In this document: one piece after another, positions 1 to 11,077 of the stretch
How the letters are laid out: every line of letters starts with the position of its first letter
Numbering within the stretch: the stretch's first letter is position 1
Assembly (NCBI GenBank): GCA_963825135.1
Contig: CAWGRW010000009.1
Coordinates: 2,368,001 to 2,432,000, forward strand
DNA length: 64,000 bases
Direction: 5' to 3'
Source of the DNA: an uncultured bacterium
Lineage (GTDB): Bacteria > Desulfobacterota_D > UBA1144 > Nemesobacterales > UBA2774
The notes under the pieces: generated by a model
What the model was told of the DNA's origin: nothing
What the model saw: the letters and a program-made list of their open reading frames with translations, nothing else
Databases searched by the model: none
Made by a program: the position numbers and the translations under genes

Positions 1-1
1 A

Positions 2-922
2 GGCTTGCTCGAGAGGAGCGCGGAGCGGGCGGATGCCCCGGGAAATTCCCAGGGCAGGGACGCGGGAGGGTTAAAGCCGAATAGCTTCTTTAAGAGTGTT
101 TTTCATACCACGGATTTTTCCGACCTGAGCGATACAGCCTTCACCCATGCGCTGAAGCTTTCACTCTCCGCCAACGCCCTGCTAAATTTATTCCATGTAT
201 CGCCGAATCATAATAAGTATATAGTATCGGAATTCCCTAAGATAAGGGATACGCTCGTGCGGTGGAAAGTGATTTCGGAGCAGACCGCCGAGGAGGACCT
301 GCGCGGTCTCGGGTTCTCTTACAAGAAAGTTGTCGCCGTGCATAAAGATCCCGTCACCTCGATCCTCCACTATTTAAAATCCAACCCTTCCGAACTTACA
401 GTGCTCGCGGCCCACAGCCGGTCCGGCACGGGAAGGCTTCTCCACAAATCGGTAGCGGGGAGGGTTTCGAGCGAGTCGGGGGGCTGGACCCTTTTTATCA
501 AAGACAATGACCGGGGTTTCGTCTCGTCTGACGACGGAGCGGTGCAATTAAGAAATATTCTGATTCCGATAGACGCGGAGCCCGACCCTCTTCTCGGCAT
601 AAACGCCGCGCTTAAAATCGCTCAGGTCCTGGGATGCGATAAATGCGTGTTTACCCTTCTCTACGTGGGGGACTCTTTCCTCATGCCTGAATTTGACCTG
701 CCCCGTAATGGCTCGTGGGAATGGAACAAGCTCGCGCTCAGGGGTAATGTTGTCGAAACGATCCTGAAAATTACCGATGAGATATCAGCCGATTTGGTCG
801 TGATGGGCACTCAGGGGAGCCAGGGTTTTCTGGACGCCCTGAGGGGCAGCACCTCGGAGCAGGTCCTTCGCAGAAGCCGTAGCCCTCTACTGGCCGTGCC
901 CGAGCGCAGAAGATACAAATAG
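2..922 (+). CDS. Tandem universal stress protein (USP) domains; frame open from the window edge, probably 5'-partial
   Basis: Two USP signatures (FKSVFHTTDFS...; LRNILIPID...ADLVVMGTQGSQGFLDALRGSTSEQVLRRSRSPLLAVP); no stop between position 2 and the track start. Confidence 0.85.
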   Translation, partial: GLLERSAERADAPGNSQGRDAGGLKPNSFFKSVFHTTDFSDLSDTAFTHALKLSLSANALLNLFHVSPNHNKYIVSEFPKIRDTLVRWKVISEQTAEEDLRGLGFSYKKVVAVHKDPVTSILHYLKSNPSELTVLAAHSRSGTGRLLHKSVAGRVSSESGGWTLFIKDNDRGFVSSDDGAVQLRNILIPIDAEPDPLLGINAALKIAQVLGCDKCVFTLLYVGDSFLMPEFDLPRNGSWEWNKLALRGNVVETILKITDEISADLVVMGTQGSQGFLDALRGSTSEQVLRRSRSPLLAVPERRRYK

Positions 923-988
923 ACGCCCCTGAAGAGTGACACGACGGGTGTCACTATGCCGGCTCCCCCGGCCGTCCGGCCGCCTCTG

Positions 989-2803
989 CTAACCCAGAAA
1001 CCAAAAGCACAGGAACATTATTATTGTCGGAAGGAGGGCTGCTTTAAACAACCCTATGGGGGATACAGCATCATCGAAGTGTTTTTTCAGTATGGACTGG
1101 CCTGCGGGGTTGGGGGCGTTCGCTATGACCGTCAACCCCCCGCCCGTCACGGCTCCTGCCACGACCGCGTATTTCAGGATGTCCGTGAAATTCGGAACGA
1201 GCGTGCTCAGGTAAGTGATTGCGGCGTTATCGTTGAAGCCGGTGAGTATGGTCGCGCCCAGCATGAGAGGGAACTCGCTCAATCCCCCGAGCACAGGCTC
1301 GATCCACCAGCCCTGGAGTCCCCCGTGTATGACGAGGCCCGCGAGGAAGAACCCGACAAGCATGGCGGGCTGTAGATTTATCCTGTTTTGATACTGCGCC
1401 GTTATCTGGGCGAAGCCGAGGAAGAACAGGAGCCCCAGGACGAAGAGCTGTGTATGGTGCGCGTTGATGATCGTCCAGGCCATAAAGAGCAGATGCACGG
1501 CCGTTACCCATACCGGCACGGAATCCTCGCGTCTGTCCCAGTCCGGGTCCACGAATTCGGGCCGCATATTCTCGGGCAGGGTGCCCGGCATGTATCTCCT
1601 GATTTTTGTGAGCCTGATCTCCTGAAAACGCTTCTCGAACGCCTCTCTGATGAGCTTCTCGTCTATGCCTTCCGCCTTGAGCTTGGGCAGGGACTCGGTC
1701 TCCATCTTTTCTCTGATAATGCTTAAAAACACCTCGGTGCTTTCCTTGATAGACTTGATTATCCCCTTCTCTTTCTCAACTTCCGTCTTGATCCTTTCAA
1801 ATTCCTTTTGTATCCGCCCGCGCGTGACGTACGTCGCCTCAATCCTGTCTCTTAACGTGCGTACCGCAAACTCCTTCTGCATCCTCGCCAGTTCCTTACG
1901 AAAGACAGCGAAATAGATCCCGTTCGAAATCAGGATGCCTATGAGAGCCTTCCATCCGAAGTTCGCGAGCATATATTCCGTTCCCCAATTCCACGGGCCC
2001 GCCACCATCAATACCGGCGGCGCCGCGAAGTGTGTAAACGTTCCTCCGACCGAGATGTTGACGAAAAGGAGTCCCAGGGTCGCGTATTTTAACCCGGCGC
2101 TGGGGCGGAGCTCATAAAATTTGTCGGAGAGCACCAGGGCCGAAATGGTTATCGCCGCGGGTTCCGTAATAAAAGAGCCGAGGATCGGGCCCAGCGTCAG
2201 TATGGTGAACCAGAGCGCCGCGAGGGAGCCGCCGAAGAGACCCGCCACCTTCCACATCATTGACTCGGCCAGTTTCAGAATCGGCCGCGTGGAGGCGAGC
2301 GTCATAATCACGACGACGAAGGCGGCCTCCGTGAAATTGACTTTGTAACTAAAGTAATTGATGACCGTAGGCCATCCGAAGGTCAATAAAAGAGCCGCGA
2401 TGAGCACGACCGCCCAGACGCCGAAAACCACCTCTACCTCGCCCAGGAAATGAAAGAGCTCTGCGCCGAAATGGACCGAATTCTCATCGGCCTCGCCCCT
2501 TTTTATACGCTCCTCGTGACCGCGCTCCCACTTGTGGGCGATCTTCATGAACTTGCCGGCAAGGAACGTGTGTATGATAGCGCAAAGGAAGATGAGGGTA
2601 GCAACCAGGTTAAACGGCTCCTGGCGGATTCTGTCCCTTAACACTGCGGGAATGCTCCCGAGGCCCGAATCGTTATAGCTCTCGAGAGCGCGGGGAAATT
2701 GAGAGGTCTCCGCCGGCGTCGAGCCTTCGGATGCCCATGCTGAATATGCGCATACCGTCAGTAAAGCCAGAACGGCTAAAATGTAGAGGCGATTTCTTCG
2801 CAT
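989..2803 (-). CDS. Putative Na+/H+ antiporter (DUF1504-like) with N-terminal signal and long hydrophilic insertion
   Basis: Multi-TM protein; motifs HFLGEVEVVFG, GSFITEPAA, NISVGGTFTHFAAPPVLMVA, DNAAITYL, GGGLTVIANAPNPAG. Confidence 0.8.
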   Translation of the reverse strand: MRRNRLYILAVLALLTVCAYSAWASEGSTPAETSQFPRALESYNDSGLGSIPAVLRDRIRQEPFNLVATLIFLCAIIHTFLAGKFMKIAHKWERGHEERIKRGEADENSVHFGAELFHFLGEVEVVFGVWAVVLIAALLLTFGWPTVINYFSYKVNFTEAAFVVVIMTLASTRPILKLAESMMWKVAGLFGGSLAALWFTILTLGPILGSFITEPAAITISALVLSDKFYELRPSAGLKYATLGLLFVNISVGGTFTHFAAPPVLMVAGPWNWGTEYMLANFGWKALIGILISNGIYFAVFRKELARMQKEFAVRTLRDRIEATYVTRGRIQKEFERIKTEVEKEKGIIKSIKESTEVFLSIIREKMETESLPKLKAEGIDEKLIREAFEKRFQEIRLTKIRRYMPGTLPENMRPEFVDPDWDRREDSVPVWVTAVHLLFMAWTIINAHHTQLFVLGLLFFLGFAQITAQYQNRINLQPAMLVGFFLAGLVIHGGLQGWWIEPVLGGLSEFPLMLGATILTGFNDNAAITYLSTLVPNFTDILKYAVVAGAVTGGGLTVIANAPNPAGQSILKKHFDDAVSPIGLFKAALLPTIIMFLCFWFLG

Positions 2804-2990
2804 GGTGTTTATATCAGCCCTTTACTGCGGGCGGGGTTTAAATGCGGTTTGAAGCAAATACCGTTCTGACGTGCATTTCTAATCGGTGCGACCAGTCAGG
2901 CTCTGCGTCAGTCGCGAGAGTGAATTTCCGCTAGCCCGGATAATGTCGGATTTTATTTTACACGATCCTTTTTAATAATAAAGCTCGATT

Positions 2991-3561
2991 CTATTCTGCC
3001 TGGGACGAGGATTTCCGGCCGTAGATTTCCTCCTGATACTCGAGCGGGACATCCCCGATATTGTTGGTTATATGGATGTTGCCCTTTTCGTCCACCCATT
3101 CGTAGAACTCACTTTCTTTCGGGCCCGCCTGAGGCATTTCCTTTTCTATTTCCGTGGCGGCGTTGTCGCCCCCGGTTTCGACGGGCGGGAATAGGTCCGT
3201 GTCCCCATTCGCGCCCTCCGTATCCCCGCCTGTATCCTCTTCGCTTTTCGGAGACTCTTTTGGCGGATTTACATCGATATTGCTCTTTCGCTGAACATTC
3301 CGCCCCAGAGTGCTCCCCCCTTGCCCCTGACCCGAGTGTCGAAAGACCGAAGTTGTCGAGGTTCTCTTCGGGCCAGTAATAGTATTTGTAGGGCTCCTCA
3401 GGGACGATCGCAGGCTCGCCCGCGCTGTGCTCCGGACCTTGAGTTCCCTCCTGAGGCAGAGTTTCTTCAACGCCCGGTCCGGCATCTCCATCCTGTGCGA
3501 ATGCCGGGTAGGCGGGGATAAGAAACAGCAGTATGGAGTAAGCCGTTAGAATGTGTTTCAT
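2991..3561 (-). CDS. Secreted DUF4124-like protein, split by a frameshift near 3315-3335
   Basis: Signal peptide MKHILTAYSILLFLIPAYPAFA in one frame; FYEWVDEKGNIHITNNIGDVP (DUF4124-type) in another; frames join at G runs. Confidence 0.65.
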
Positions 3562-3714
3562 GAAGATGCCCCCTCAATAACAACCTCGATTAAGTATAAC
3601 CCGAATCCACGGGATATAGTCGATCTCTCCTGATACGCTGCGAATAATCTTTTTATTTAAGCCCGGCCTGTATGTGTTACATTATGTATAAGGCTTAATC
3701 GAGGAGGTCTGTAA

Positions 3715-4092
3715 ATGAAGATGTTTCTCGCGCGGTCGCTCGTTATGCTCGCGATATATATCGTTCACAATCCGTTTTATGCTATAGGCGCGGAAGGGGT
3801 ATCGATGGTCAATGCGGAGTCTGAAACGGTGTCCGCCGCGCCGGCGAGAGCGGTCTCGGCCAGGAGCGCCTGTCCGGCGGGTAAGGAGCTAATAGGCGGG
3901 GGAGGAGAATGTTACGGTTCTCTGGTGACCGAGGGCAGAGTGAGCCTTGCGAAAAGCGCTCCCGCCCCCGACGGGTCATCGTGGTATGTCGAATGCGTGA
4001 ATACGGGCTCACGGCCCGGGGAGGTGCGGGTGAGGGCATGGGCCATATGCGCCGCCCCCGGAATTTTCGGAGTGAATGATAAAAAGAAATGA
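3715..4092 (+). CDS. Small secreted Cys-containing protein
   Basis: GAGGAGG SD; signal-like N-terminus; ACPAGKELIGGGGEC...WYVEC...AWAIC pattern. Confidence 0.7.
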   Translation: MKMFLARSLVMLAIYIVHNPFYAIGAEGVSMVNAESETVSAAPARAVSARSACPAGKELIGGGGECYGSLVTEGRVSLAKSAPAPDGSSWYVECVNTGSRPGEVRVRAWAICAAPGIFGVNDKKK

Positions 4093-4114
4093 ATCTTCCG
4101 GTCGGAGAGACTCT

Positions 4115-7100
4115 TTACCCGGACGGATTGGGGATCTTGAAGAAGATCGTATAGAGCACCGGGACGACTACCAGAGTGAGCACTGTCGCGACCAGCAGTC
4201 CGAACATGATTGTCACGGCCATGGAAACGAAAAAGGCGTCCTGAAGCAGGGGAGCCATGCCCAGTATGGTCGTCGCGGCGGCCATCATAACCGGGTTGAG
4301 ACGGCTGACCCCTGAATCCACGACCGACCGGTAACGGTCCTTTCCGCTTTTTATCTCCGTGTCTATCTGGTCTATAAGGACTATCGCGTTTTTAATCAAC
4401 ATTCCGGAAAGGCTCAAAAGTCCCAGGAGCGCCATAAACCCGAACGGCTGCTTGAACAGCAAAAGCCCGACGGTGACGCCTATTATCGAGAGAGGCACGG
4501 TGAGCCATATTATAAGAGGCTGCTTCACGGAGTTGAAAAGGAATATAACGATGAGCACCATCATTGCGAAGAATACCGGTAGTTGCTTTTTGAGCCCATC
4601 GTTTGCGCGCGCGGAATCCTCGGCTTCTCCTCCCCAGGCCATATAGTAGCCCGGCATGCCTTTTAGAGGCAGCTGGTCGGCTTCGCGTATGGGTATCACC
4701 TCGTGATCGAAGTCCTGAAACGGGTTGTCTTCAGGGCCGAAATCCTGTCCTGTTACCTTTCCGACGTCTACGTTTAACGCTTTCTCGATCTCAGGTTTTA
4801 CGCGCGCCATCAGCTCGCTCGGAAGCTCGGTCCTCGGGTCCGCGTGGATTTTTATCATCGTCACCCGGTCCCGTCTCCCTATGTTTGCGTCCTCCGTCTC
4901 CGTGTTGAACCCCGACACCACCTGACCTATCGGTATCATCCTGCCGGCTGCCGGGCTCCATATCTGGAGGCTCTGGATCGTATCGAGATTCATTCTTTCA
5001 TAATCGGGCGCCCTGGCTATGATAGGCAGGAGCTGCGGCTCGAAGGTGCTCTTGTCCCTGTAGATACCTGTTTGCGTGCCGGAGAAAGACTCTTCGAACG
5101 CGTTCGCGACCTCAGGCCGCGATATGCCCAGCTGGCTTGCCTGCGCTTCTTCGAGCTGGGGCCTCACGACCTTTACCTTCTCCTTCCACTCGTCCCTTAC
5201 GGCTTTTGCCTGTGGGTCTGCTTTGAGTATATCCTTGGCCTTCCCGGCGAGCTCCCTCAGCACAGCCCTGTCGGGTCCACTTATACGAAGCTGTATTTTT
5301 CCCCCTTCCCCCGGTCCGAGCAGGAATTTTCTGACATTTACCACCGCGTTCGGCAGAAGCGTTTCAAGGTCATTCTGTGTCTTTTGCAAGATCGTGTCGA
5401 TTACGTTGTAGTTCTCAACGGTTGCCAGGATGACCGCATAACTGGGCGATGACTTTCCGGGAACGTACGTCAGGAGAAAACGGGGGTCCCCCCCCCGATC
5501 TCGGTAATTACGCTCGTCACCCCATCGATGTTTTTCAGATAATCTTGCGCTGATACGAGTTCCTTTGCCGTATCCTCGATTCGGTACCCCTCGGGGAAAT
5601 AGAACTCCACGAAGAACTGAGGCCTCGTCGCCGTCGGGAAGAACATTGTTTTTACGAATCCGAATCCGATCAATGACGCTATAAAGATCGCGATCACGAC
5701 GCCGACGGTCATATATCTGAGATTTATAGCGGTGATCAGGAGCTTCTTGTATGCCTGAAAGAATGCTCCCGCGTATGGGTCCTTCTCTTTCGAGCCTTCC
5801 TGTCCGGGCTTCTTTTTCCCGACCAGAAAATATTTACAGAGGAGGGGTGTTATAGTGACCGCGGTGACCCAGCTCAGCATGAGCGATATCAGAATGACCT
5901 GGAATAAAGTCCTGCAGTACTCCCCCGTGCTGTCTTTCGACGTGCCGATCGCGGCGAATGCCAGCACCGCGACCACGGTCGCTCCGAGGAGGGGCAGCGA
6001 GGTCTGTCCCACTATCTCCTTTGCCGCGCTTATGGCGTCCTCTCCCTTCTCCATCTTTATCTTCATACCGTCCACGACGACGATTGCGTTATCCACGAGC
6101 ATCCCGAGGGCGATTATCAGCGCCCCGAGCGAGATCCTTTCGAGCGTCACGTTCCACATCCCCATGAATACGAACGTGCCGCATATGGTTATGAATAGAA
6201 TAGCGCCTATGATGAGCCCGCTCCTGAGCCCCATGGCGAAGAGGAGCACGACCACCACTATCACTATGGCTTCAAGCAGGTTTATGACGAACCCGTTTAT
6301 CGCCTGCGTCACGGATTCTGACTGCAGCGAGATCACTTCGAGCTCCATACCCAGGGGAGCGAGCGGCTCGAGCTGCTTTATTTTTCGGTCGATGCCTTCC
6401 CCCATCGTTACGACATTCCCGCCCTGGACGGTGGATATCGCGAGCCCGATCGCCGGCCTCCCGTTATACCGGAGCAGGTTCTTCGGTGGTTCTCTGTACC
6501 CTCTTCTCACGTCGGCCACGTCCTTCAGGTAAACGAGGCTCTCCCCCCCGCGGCTGCTTATGAGCAGGTCCCCGAATTCTTTTTCGGAAGTGAACTCACC
6601 TGTCGGGTTGATCGGAAGTTTTTCCTTGCCCACGTCTATCTCCCCGGCGTCGGCGGGGAGGTTCTTTGCCCGGAGCGTGTTATATATATCCTGCTGCGAT
6701 ATCTCGAGCGCCGCCATTTTGGGCCGCGACATTTCTACGTAAACCGCCTCGGGCTGCTCCCCGTAGAGGACTATTTTCTTCACGTCCTTGACGAGCAGCA
6801 GTTCTCTTTTGAGAAGGTCCGCATAGTCCTTGAGCTCGGCGTAGCTGTACCCGTCTCCAGTAATCGCCAGATACACGCCGTACACGTCGCCGTAGTCGTC
6901 GTTGACGATCGACGGTCCCGCGCCGGGAGGCAGTTGGGACTGGTAATCGTTTACCTTTCTCCGGAGCTCGTCCCAGACCTGGGGAAGGCTCTTCTTGTCG
7001 TATTCGTCCTTGATTGTCGCTTTGACGTATGAGAGTCCGCGGGATGAAGTGGACTCCACCCTCTTTAGCTGCCCAAGTTCCTGTACGGCCTTTTCGATCA

Positions 7101-7296
7101 CATTTGTTACTTCATTTTCGACCTCGGAGGCGCTTGCCCCGGGGTAGGGGGTCAGTATTACGGCTTCCTTGATTGTAAATTCGGGGTCTTCCAGCCGGGG
7201 CAGGCTCTGAAAGGATTTAAACCCCGCGTACACGAGGACGATAGTGAGCGTTATCGTAATAACGCTTTTTTTCATCGAAAATTCTGCTATGTTCAT
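4115..7296 (-). CDS. RND efflux permease (AcrB/AcrD/AcrF family), frameshifted at a G9 run (5488-5496)
   Basis: PRLEDPEF, YPGASASEVE, IALGMLVDNAIVV in the 5' ORF; GMLIKNAIVLID, SRLNPVMMAAATTILGMAPL in the 3' ORF; one extra G gives IGGGDPRFLLTY and a continuous frame. Confidence 0.93.
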
Positions 7297-7325
7297 TCGA
7301 AAGGAACCTGTATATAGTCTCGCTG

Positions 7326-8402
7326 CTAATCGAGGAGCGTTATCTTCATCCCTTCACGGAGCTGTGTCGTGCCGCTCACGGCGATCATCTCGCCCGCTTT
7401 GAGTCCGCCCAGTATCTCGATGTCCTTTTGACCGGTTACTGCTCCCACTTTAACTATCCTTTTGCGAACGGTGAGGTCGTTTTGATCCACCACCCATACG
7501 TATTGGTCGGGCCCGTCGCCGGTCACGACCGCTATCGCCGGGATAATAAAATAGTCACCGTTATCGATATTGTTCGTTCTCCCCTCGAGTTGAACCTGCG
7601 CCGTCATGCCCGGCAGCACCCTGATCGTTTCCGGCTGATACATGCTCAGGGTGGCCCGGTACGTCTGAGTCCTCGGGTCGGCCTGTGCGCTCACTTCCTT
7701 AATCGTCAACGGGAATGTCTCGCCCGGGGCGGATTGGAACGTCGCATAGAGCTTCAATACGTCCCCCTGCTTCGTGGAAGCGAGAATGTTCTCCGGGAGG
7801 TCGATAACGATCTCCACCTTGCTCAGGTCCTGGAGGCTCAGTATGTTGTCGAACGGTCTTACCTCCTGATAATTCTGAACGAATTTGGCCCCCACATAAC
7901 CGCCGAACGGCGCCTTTAAGTACGTATAATCGAGGTTCGCCTTTGCGTAATCGAGCCTTGCCTTCGCGGTGTCACGCTTTGCCCTTCTCACGTCGAGGTC
8001 CGCGACAGGCACGGCGTTACGTTCATAGAGGTCTTTATACCTTTTGTAATCCGCCTGGGCTTCTACGAACTGCGCGTATGCTTCGTCGTGCGCGATCTGA
8101 TAGTCCCTCGGGTCGAGCCTGGCGAGGAGCTGGCCTTTCTTGACTTCGTCTCCTTCGTTAACCGGGAATTCTACCAGCGGGCCCTGAACCCTGAACGAGA
8201 GGTTGACCCGCTGCGAGCCCTGCACCTTACCCGGGAAGCTCCTCCCGGTGCCCTGCACACCGCCGAGGATCATGGTCTTGACGGGTCTTACTACCTGCAC
8301 CTGGGTTTCGTCTTTATCTTCGCCTCCGCACGAGCAGAGGATCATGACCAGAGCCAGGGTCGCCGTTATTCTCAAAGGTAAGCCTGTTATCGATCGTCTC
8401 AT
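7326..8402 (-). CDS. RND periplasmic adaptor (membrane fusion protein), lipoprotein
   Basis: Lipobox LCSC; LSFRVQGPL..V.EGD.VKKGQLLARLD; L.APF.G; LPGMTA. Confidence 0.93.
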   Translation of the reverse strand: MRRSITGLPLRITATLALVMILCSCGGEDKDETQVQVVRPVKTMILGGVQGTGRSFPGKVQGSQRVNLSFRVQGPLVEFPVNEGDEVKKGQLLARLDPRDYQIAHDEAYAQFVEAQADYKRYKDLYERNAVPVADLDVRRAKRDTAKARLDYAKANLDYTYLKAPFGGYVGAKFVQNYQEVRPFDNILSLQDLSKVEIVIDLPENILASTKQGDVLKLYATFQSAPGETFPLTIKEVSAQADPRTQTYRATLSMYQPETIRVLPGMTAQVQLEGRTNNIDNGDYFIIPAIAVVTGDGPDQYVWVVDQNDLTVRKRIVKVGAVTGQKDIEILGGLKAGEMIAVSGTTQLREGMKITLLD

Positions 8403-8445
8403 TCTTTATCCCTCAAACGTTGAATCATTTTATCATCATTGAAGT

Positions 8446-10884
8446 CTATTTCGCGTCCGGGCCCTTCGATTCGGCGCTGTTATTTTTGTTCGCACCCGGG
8501 GCTTCGCTATAGTATTCGTCGAGCATCCTGAACCATTCGTCGCGCTCTTCGGGCGAAGTGAAGAAATCGAACTTGCCGGCCGCGCGCTGGACGTTCATCA
8601 GGTCGATCAGGAAGTTATAGACCGAATTAGCCGCGTTTAGGTCGGCCGAGAGCGCGGCGTTCTGCGCGTCGAGCAGGTCTATGATGGATACGACGCCGCG
8701 GGAATAGGAATCCGTGACGAGCTCGAGATTTTTATGCGCCGCCTCCGCGGAATCGAGCGCGAAGCCGATGCTCGGGTATGAAGCCCCCGAAGCGTTAAGC
8801 GAGGTCCTTATTTGCTCCTCGACTTTCTCCGAGGTCGAGTCCCTCTCGTACTTCAATCTCGAAAGTTCGCTTCTGGCTTTCCTGTAATCCGCGAGCTTGG
8901 CTCCCCCTCTGAAAAGCGGGAACGACGCCTGGAGCTGTACGACCCATTCGGTATCGTCGGTCTTCGCCAGGTCGAGGGGAAAGTTGTCCGGGACGTTTAT
9001 GCTGCTCCCCGCGCCCCCTTCGTAAAGGAACTGCCTCAGTTCTGCGAACGCGAATATAGTCGGCGACCAGAACGCCCTCTTTGTCGATGTGAGTATCCTG
9101 TCCTGAGCAGCCATCTGGGAATCTATCGTCGCTATGGCGGGCGATTGTTTTAGTCCTAATTTGACCATGAAATCCATGAACGTTTTGAAAGATTCCGGGT
9201 TCCTCACGTATCTATCGAGCCTCGGGTCGCTCACGAGCAGCGATGGGTCCTCGAGCCCGGTTTCCACTGTAGTAAATTCTTCGCCCTGCGGTCTGTGGAG
9301 AAGCCTGTTCACGAGGATTTCCATATTCTTCCTGTCGGCTTCGGCGTTCACTACCTGTATTCGGTCGGAAGCAATCTGGCTCTCCCACCTGAATACCTCG
9401 GCGGGGCTTGCGACCCCGATATCCCGTCTGACTCTGGCCAGGTCCAGGTTTGATTTCGAAAGCTTGAGGTTCTCTTTCTGTATCGTTTCAATTGTTTTCG
9501 CTCTCAATACGTTCAGATACCCTATCGCGGTAGCGGCGATTATATCGAGCCTCACCTCGTCGCGGGTGAATTCCCTCGATTCCTGGAGCCGCTTCTGTAC
9601 GGTGAGGTTCGACCATGCGCCTTCGGAGTAAATGAGCTGGCTCACGTTCCCGCCCGCGCTCAGCTCGCGCTGCGGCAGTGTGCCGAGGCTCGCCTCAGCC
9701 CTGTCCTTATCGACGTATGTATTGTCGAGGAACACATCCGATTGAGGCAGCAGCGCAGCCATCGCGAGCTTGATGTCCTGGGCCCCGGCCGCGACGAACT
9801 CCGTCGCTGCGAGCAGGTCCAGGTTTACTTCGACGGATTCGTTCACGGCTTGCTCCAGCGTGAGGGTCCTTCCCTTGAGCGCGGGCTCTTCATTGATAAG
9901 GGCTGCCTCGGTAAGAACGCTCCAGGAAGGCGAAAACTTAATCGCCCGGGCCGTCCCCATGTTTATCGAGAGCAATTCCTCCTCCGAATACTCCACAGGG
10001 AAATTCTCGGCCTGGTCGCCGAGCAGTATGCTTTGCACGGCCAGCGCCACCCGCCTCGCCTCTTTCGTGAAATTGTGGTCGGGCGCGAGCCCAACGAGTG
10101 CGCCCGATTCCACTTCGCTCTTTCCGGTCATCGAGAAGGCCGGAAGGTTTCTTTCCATCAGTCCGTCGTAGAGCTGCGCGATCTGGGAATCGGAATAATT
10201 CAGAATAGGCGTCACATAAACAGCCTCTGCGTCGGGCGGCACGGCCGCGAGCGTCTCCTCCACCGTGCCCGCGGCAGGGACCAGCTCTATGACTAAATCG
10301 TTCTCGGCTGAAATTTTCCGTACGGAGTTTTCAATGCCCGGCGCTAGCTCCTTCATGAGAGGCATGTACAGGAGGGCCATCTTTTTAAAACCCGCTATCT
10401 CCTTAAATCTTTTTATGTCCCTTCCGAGAGTTTTCGGTCTGGAGAGATAATAGAGGTTCCTTATACCGCTCCCGCCGCCTTCCGCCGGCGATAAGCCCGT
10501 CAGCGTCGGATCGATTACCCAGGGGGCGATGACCGGTTTGGGGAAAGCCGATCTCCCCGAAACTTCGGTCGATCCTATGACTCCCAATGTGATGAGGATA
10601 TCGACACCGGGGTCGGCGAGTTGTCTGTCGATTGCAGCCGCTACTCCTGCCGCGGTCCAGTCGGCCGTTATTGTCTTGCCTTCCGGAAACCGGACCGCGA
10701 ATTCCCCTTCGGTCAGGTCGCTGATTTCCTTTTTATAAGATGCCAGAGCTTTATTGTTAACGTCCGAAGGGCCGTCGAAAACTATGCCTATGTTAGTTCC
10801 GTAAACTTCCTGAGAACCGTAGGTTATTGTGAAAAGTAAGACCGAAATAAACGATAGTATTGCCTTTACACCGGGCGTGGCCAT
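8446..10884 (-). CDS. TolC-family outer membrane factor with N-terminal ABC-substrate-binding-like domain
   Basis: C-terminal ~470 aa OEP pattern (LTLEQAV, YLNVLRA, GVVSIIDLLDAQ); N-terminal ~300 aa alpha/beta domain (IGIVFDG, DAEAVYVTP, LPAFS..G.SEVESGALVG, LSINMGTARAI). Confidence 0.85.
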   Translation of the reverse strand: MATPGVKAILSFISVLLFTITYGSQEVYGTNIGIVFDGPSDVNNKALASYKKEISDLTEGEFAVRFPEGKTITADWTAAGVAAAIDRQLADPGVDILITLGVIGSTEVSGRSAFPKPVIAPWVIDPTLTGLSPAEGGGSGIRNLYYLSRPKTLGRDIKRFKEIAGFKKMALLYMPLMKELAPGIENSVRKISAENDLVIELVPAAGTVEETLAAVPPDAEAVYVTPILNYSDSQIAQLYDGLMERNLPAFSMTGKSEVESGALVGLAPDHNFTKEARRVALAVQSILLGDQAENFPVEYSEEELLSINMGTARAIKFSPSWSVLTEAALINEEPALKGRTLTLEQAVNESVEVNLDLLAATEFVAAGAQDIKLAMAALLPQSDVFLDNTYVDKDRAEASLGTLPQRELSAGGNVSQLIYSEGAWSNLTVQKRLQESREFTRDEVRLDIIAATAIGYLNVLRAKTIETIQKENLKLSKSNLDLARVRRDIGVASPAEVFRWESQIASDRIQVVNAEADRKNMEILVNRLLHRPQGEEFTTVETGLEDPSLLVSDPRLDRYVRNPESFKTFMDFMVKLGLKQSPAIATIDSQMAAQDRILTSTKRAFWSPTIFAFAELRQFLYEGGAGSSINVPDNFPLDLAKTDDTEWVVQLQASFPLFRGGAKLADYRKARSELSRLKYERDSTSEKVEEQIRTSLNASGASYPSIGFALDSAEAAHKNLELVTDSYSRGVVSIIDLLDAQNAALSADLNAANSVYNFLIDLMNVQRAAGKFDFFTSPEERDEWFRMLDEYYSEAPGANKNNSAESKGPDAK

Positions 10885-11077
10885 CCGATCTCCATGTGTT
10901 AAATGACGGAATCCTGATTATACATGAGTTGCCTTGGTTAAAAAAGGAATTCGAATTAAATCGCGGCAACCATATATTATATTTTAAGGGTGAATCTACG
11001 GCGGTTATTGTTTTCGGAAGTTATGATGCTGTATAATTGGGTGATGGACAGCGATAACAACATCGGAGGGCTATGAT

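Noticed and set aside
2804..2990. Na+/Li+ or c-di-AMP riboswitch upstream of the antiporter
   Set aside because: Only a weak GCGAC..GTCGC hairpin; no consensus I could match (an Rfam scan would settle it)
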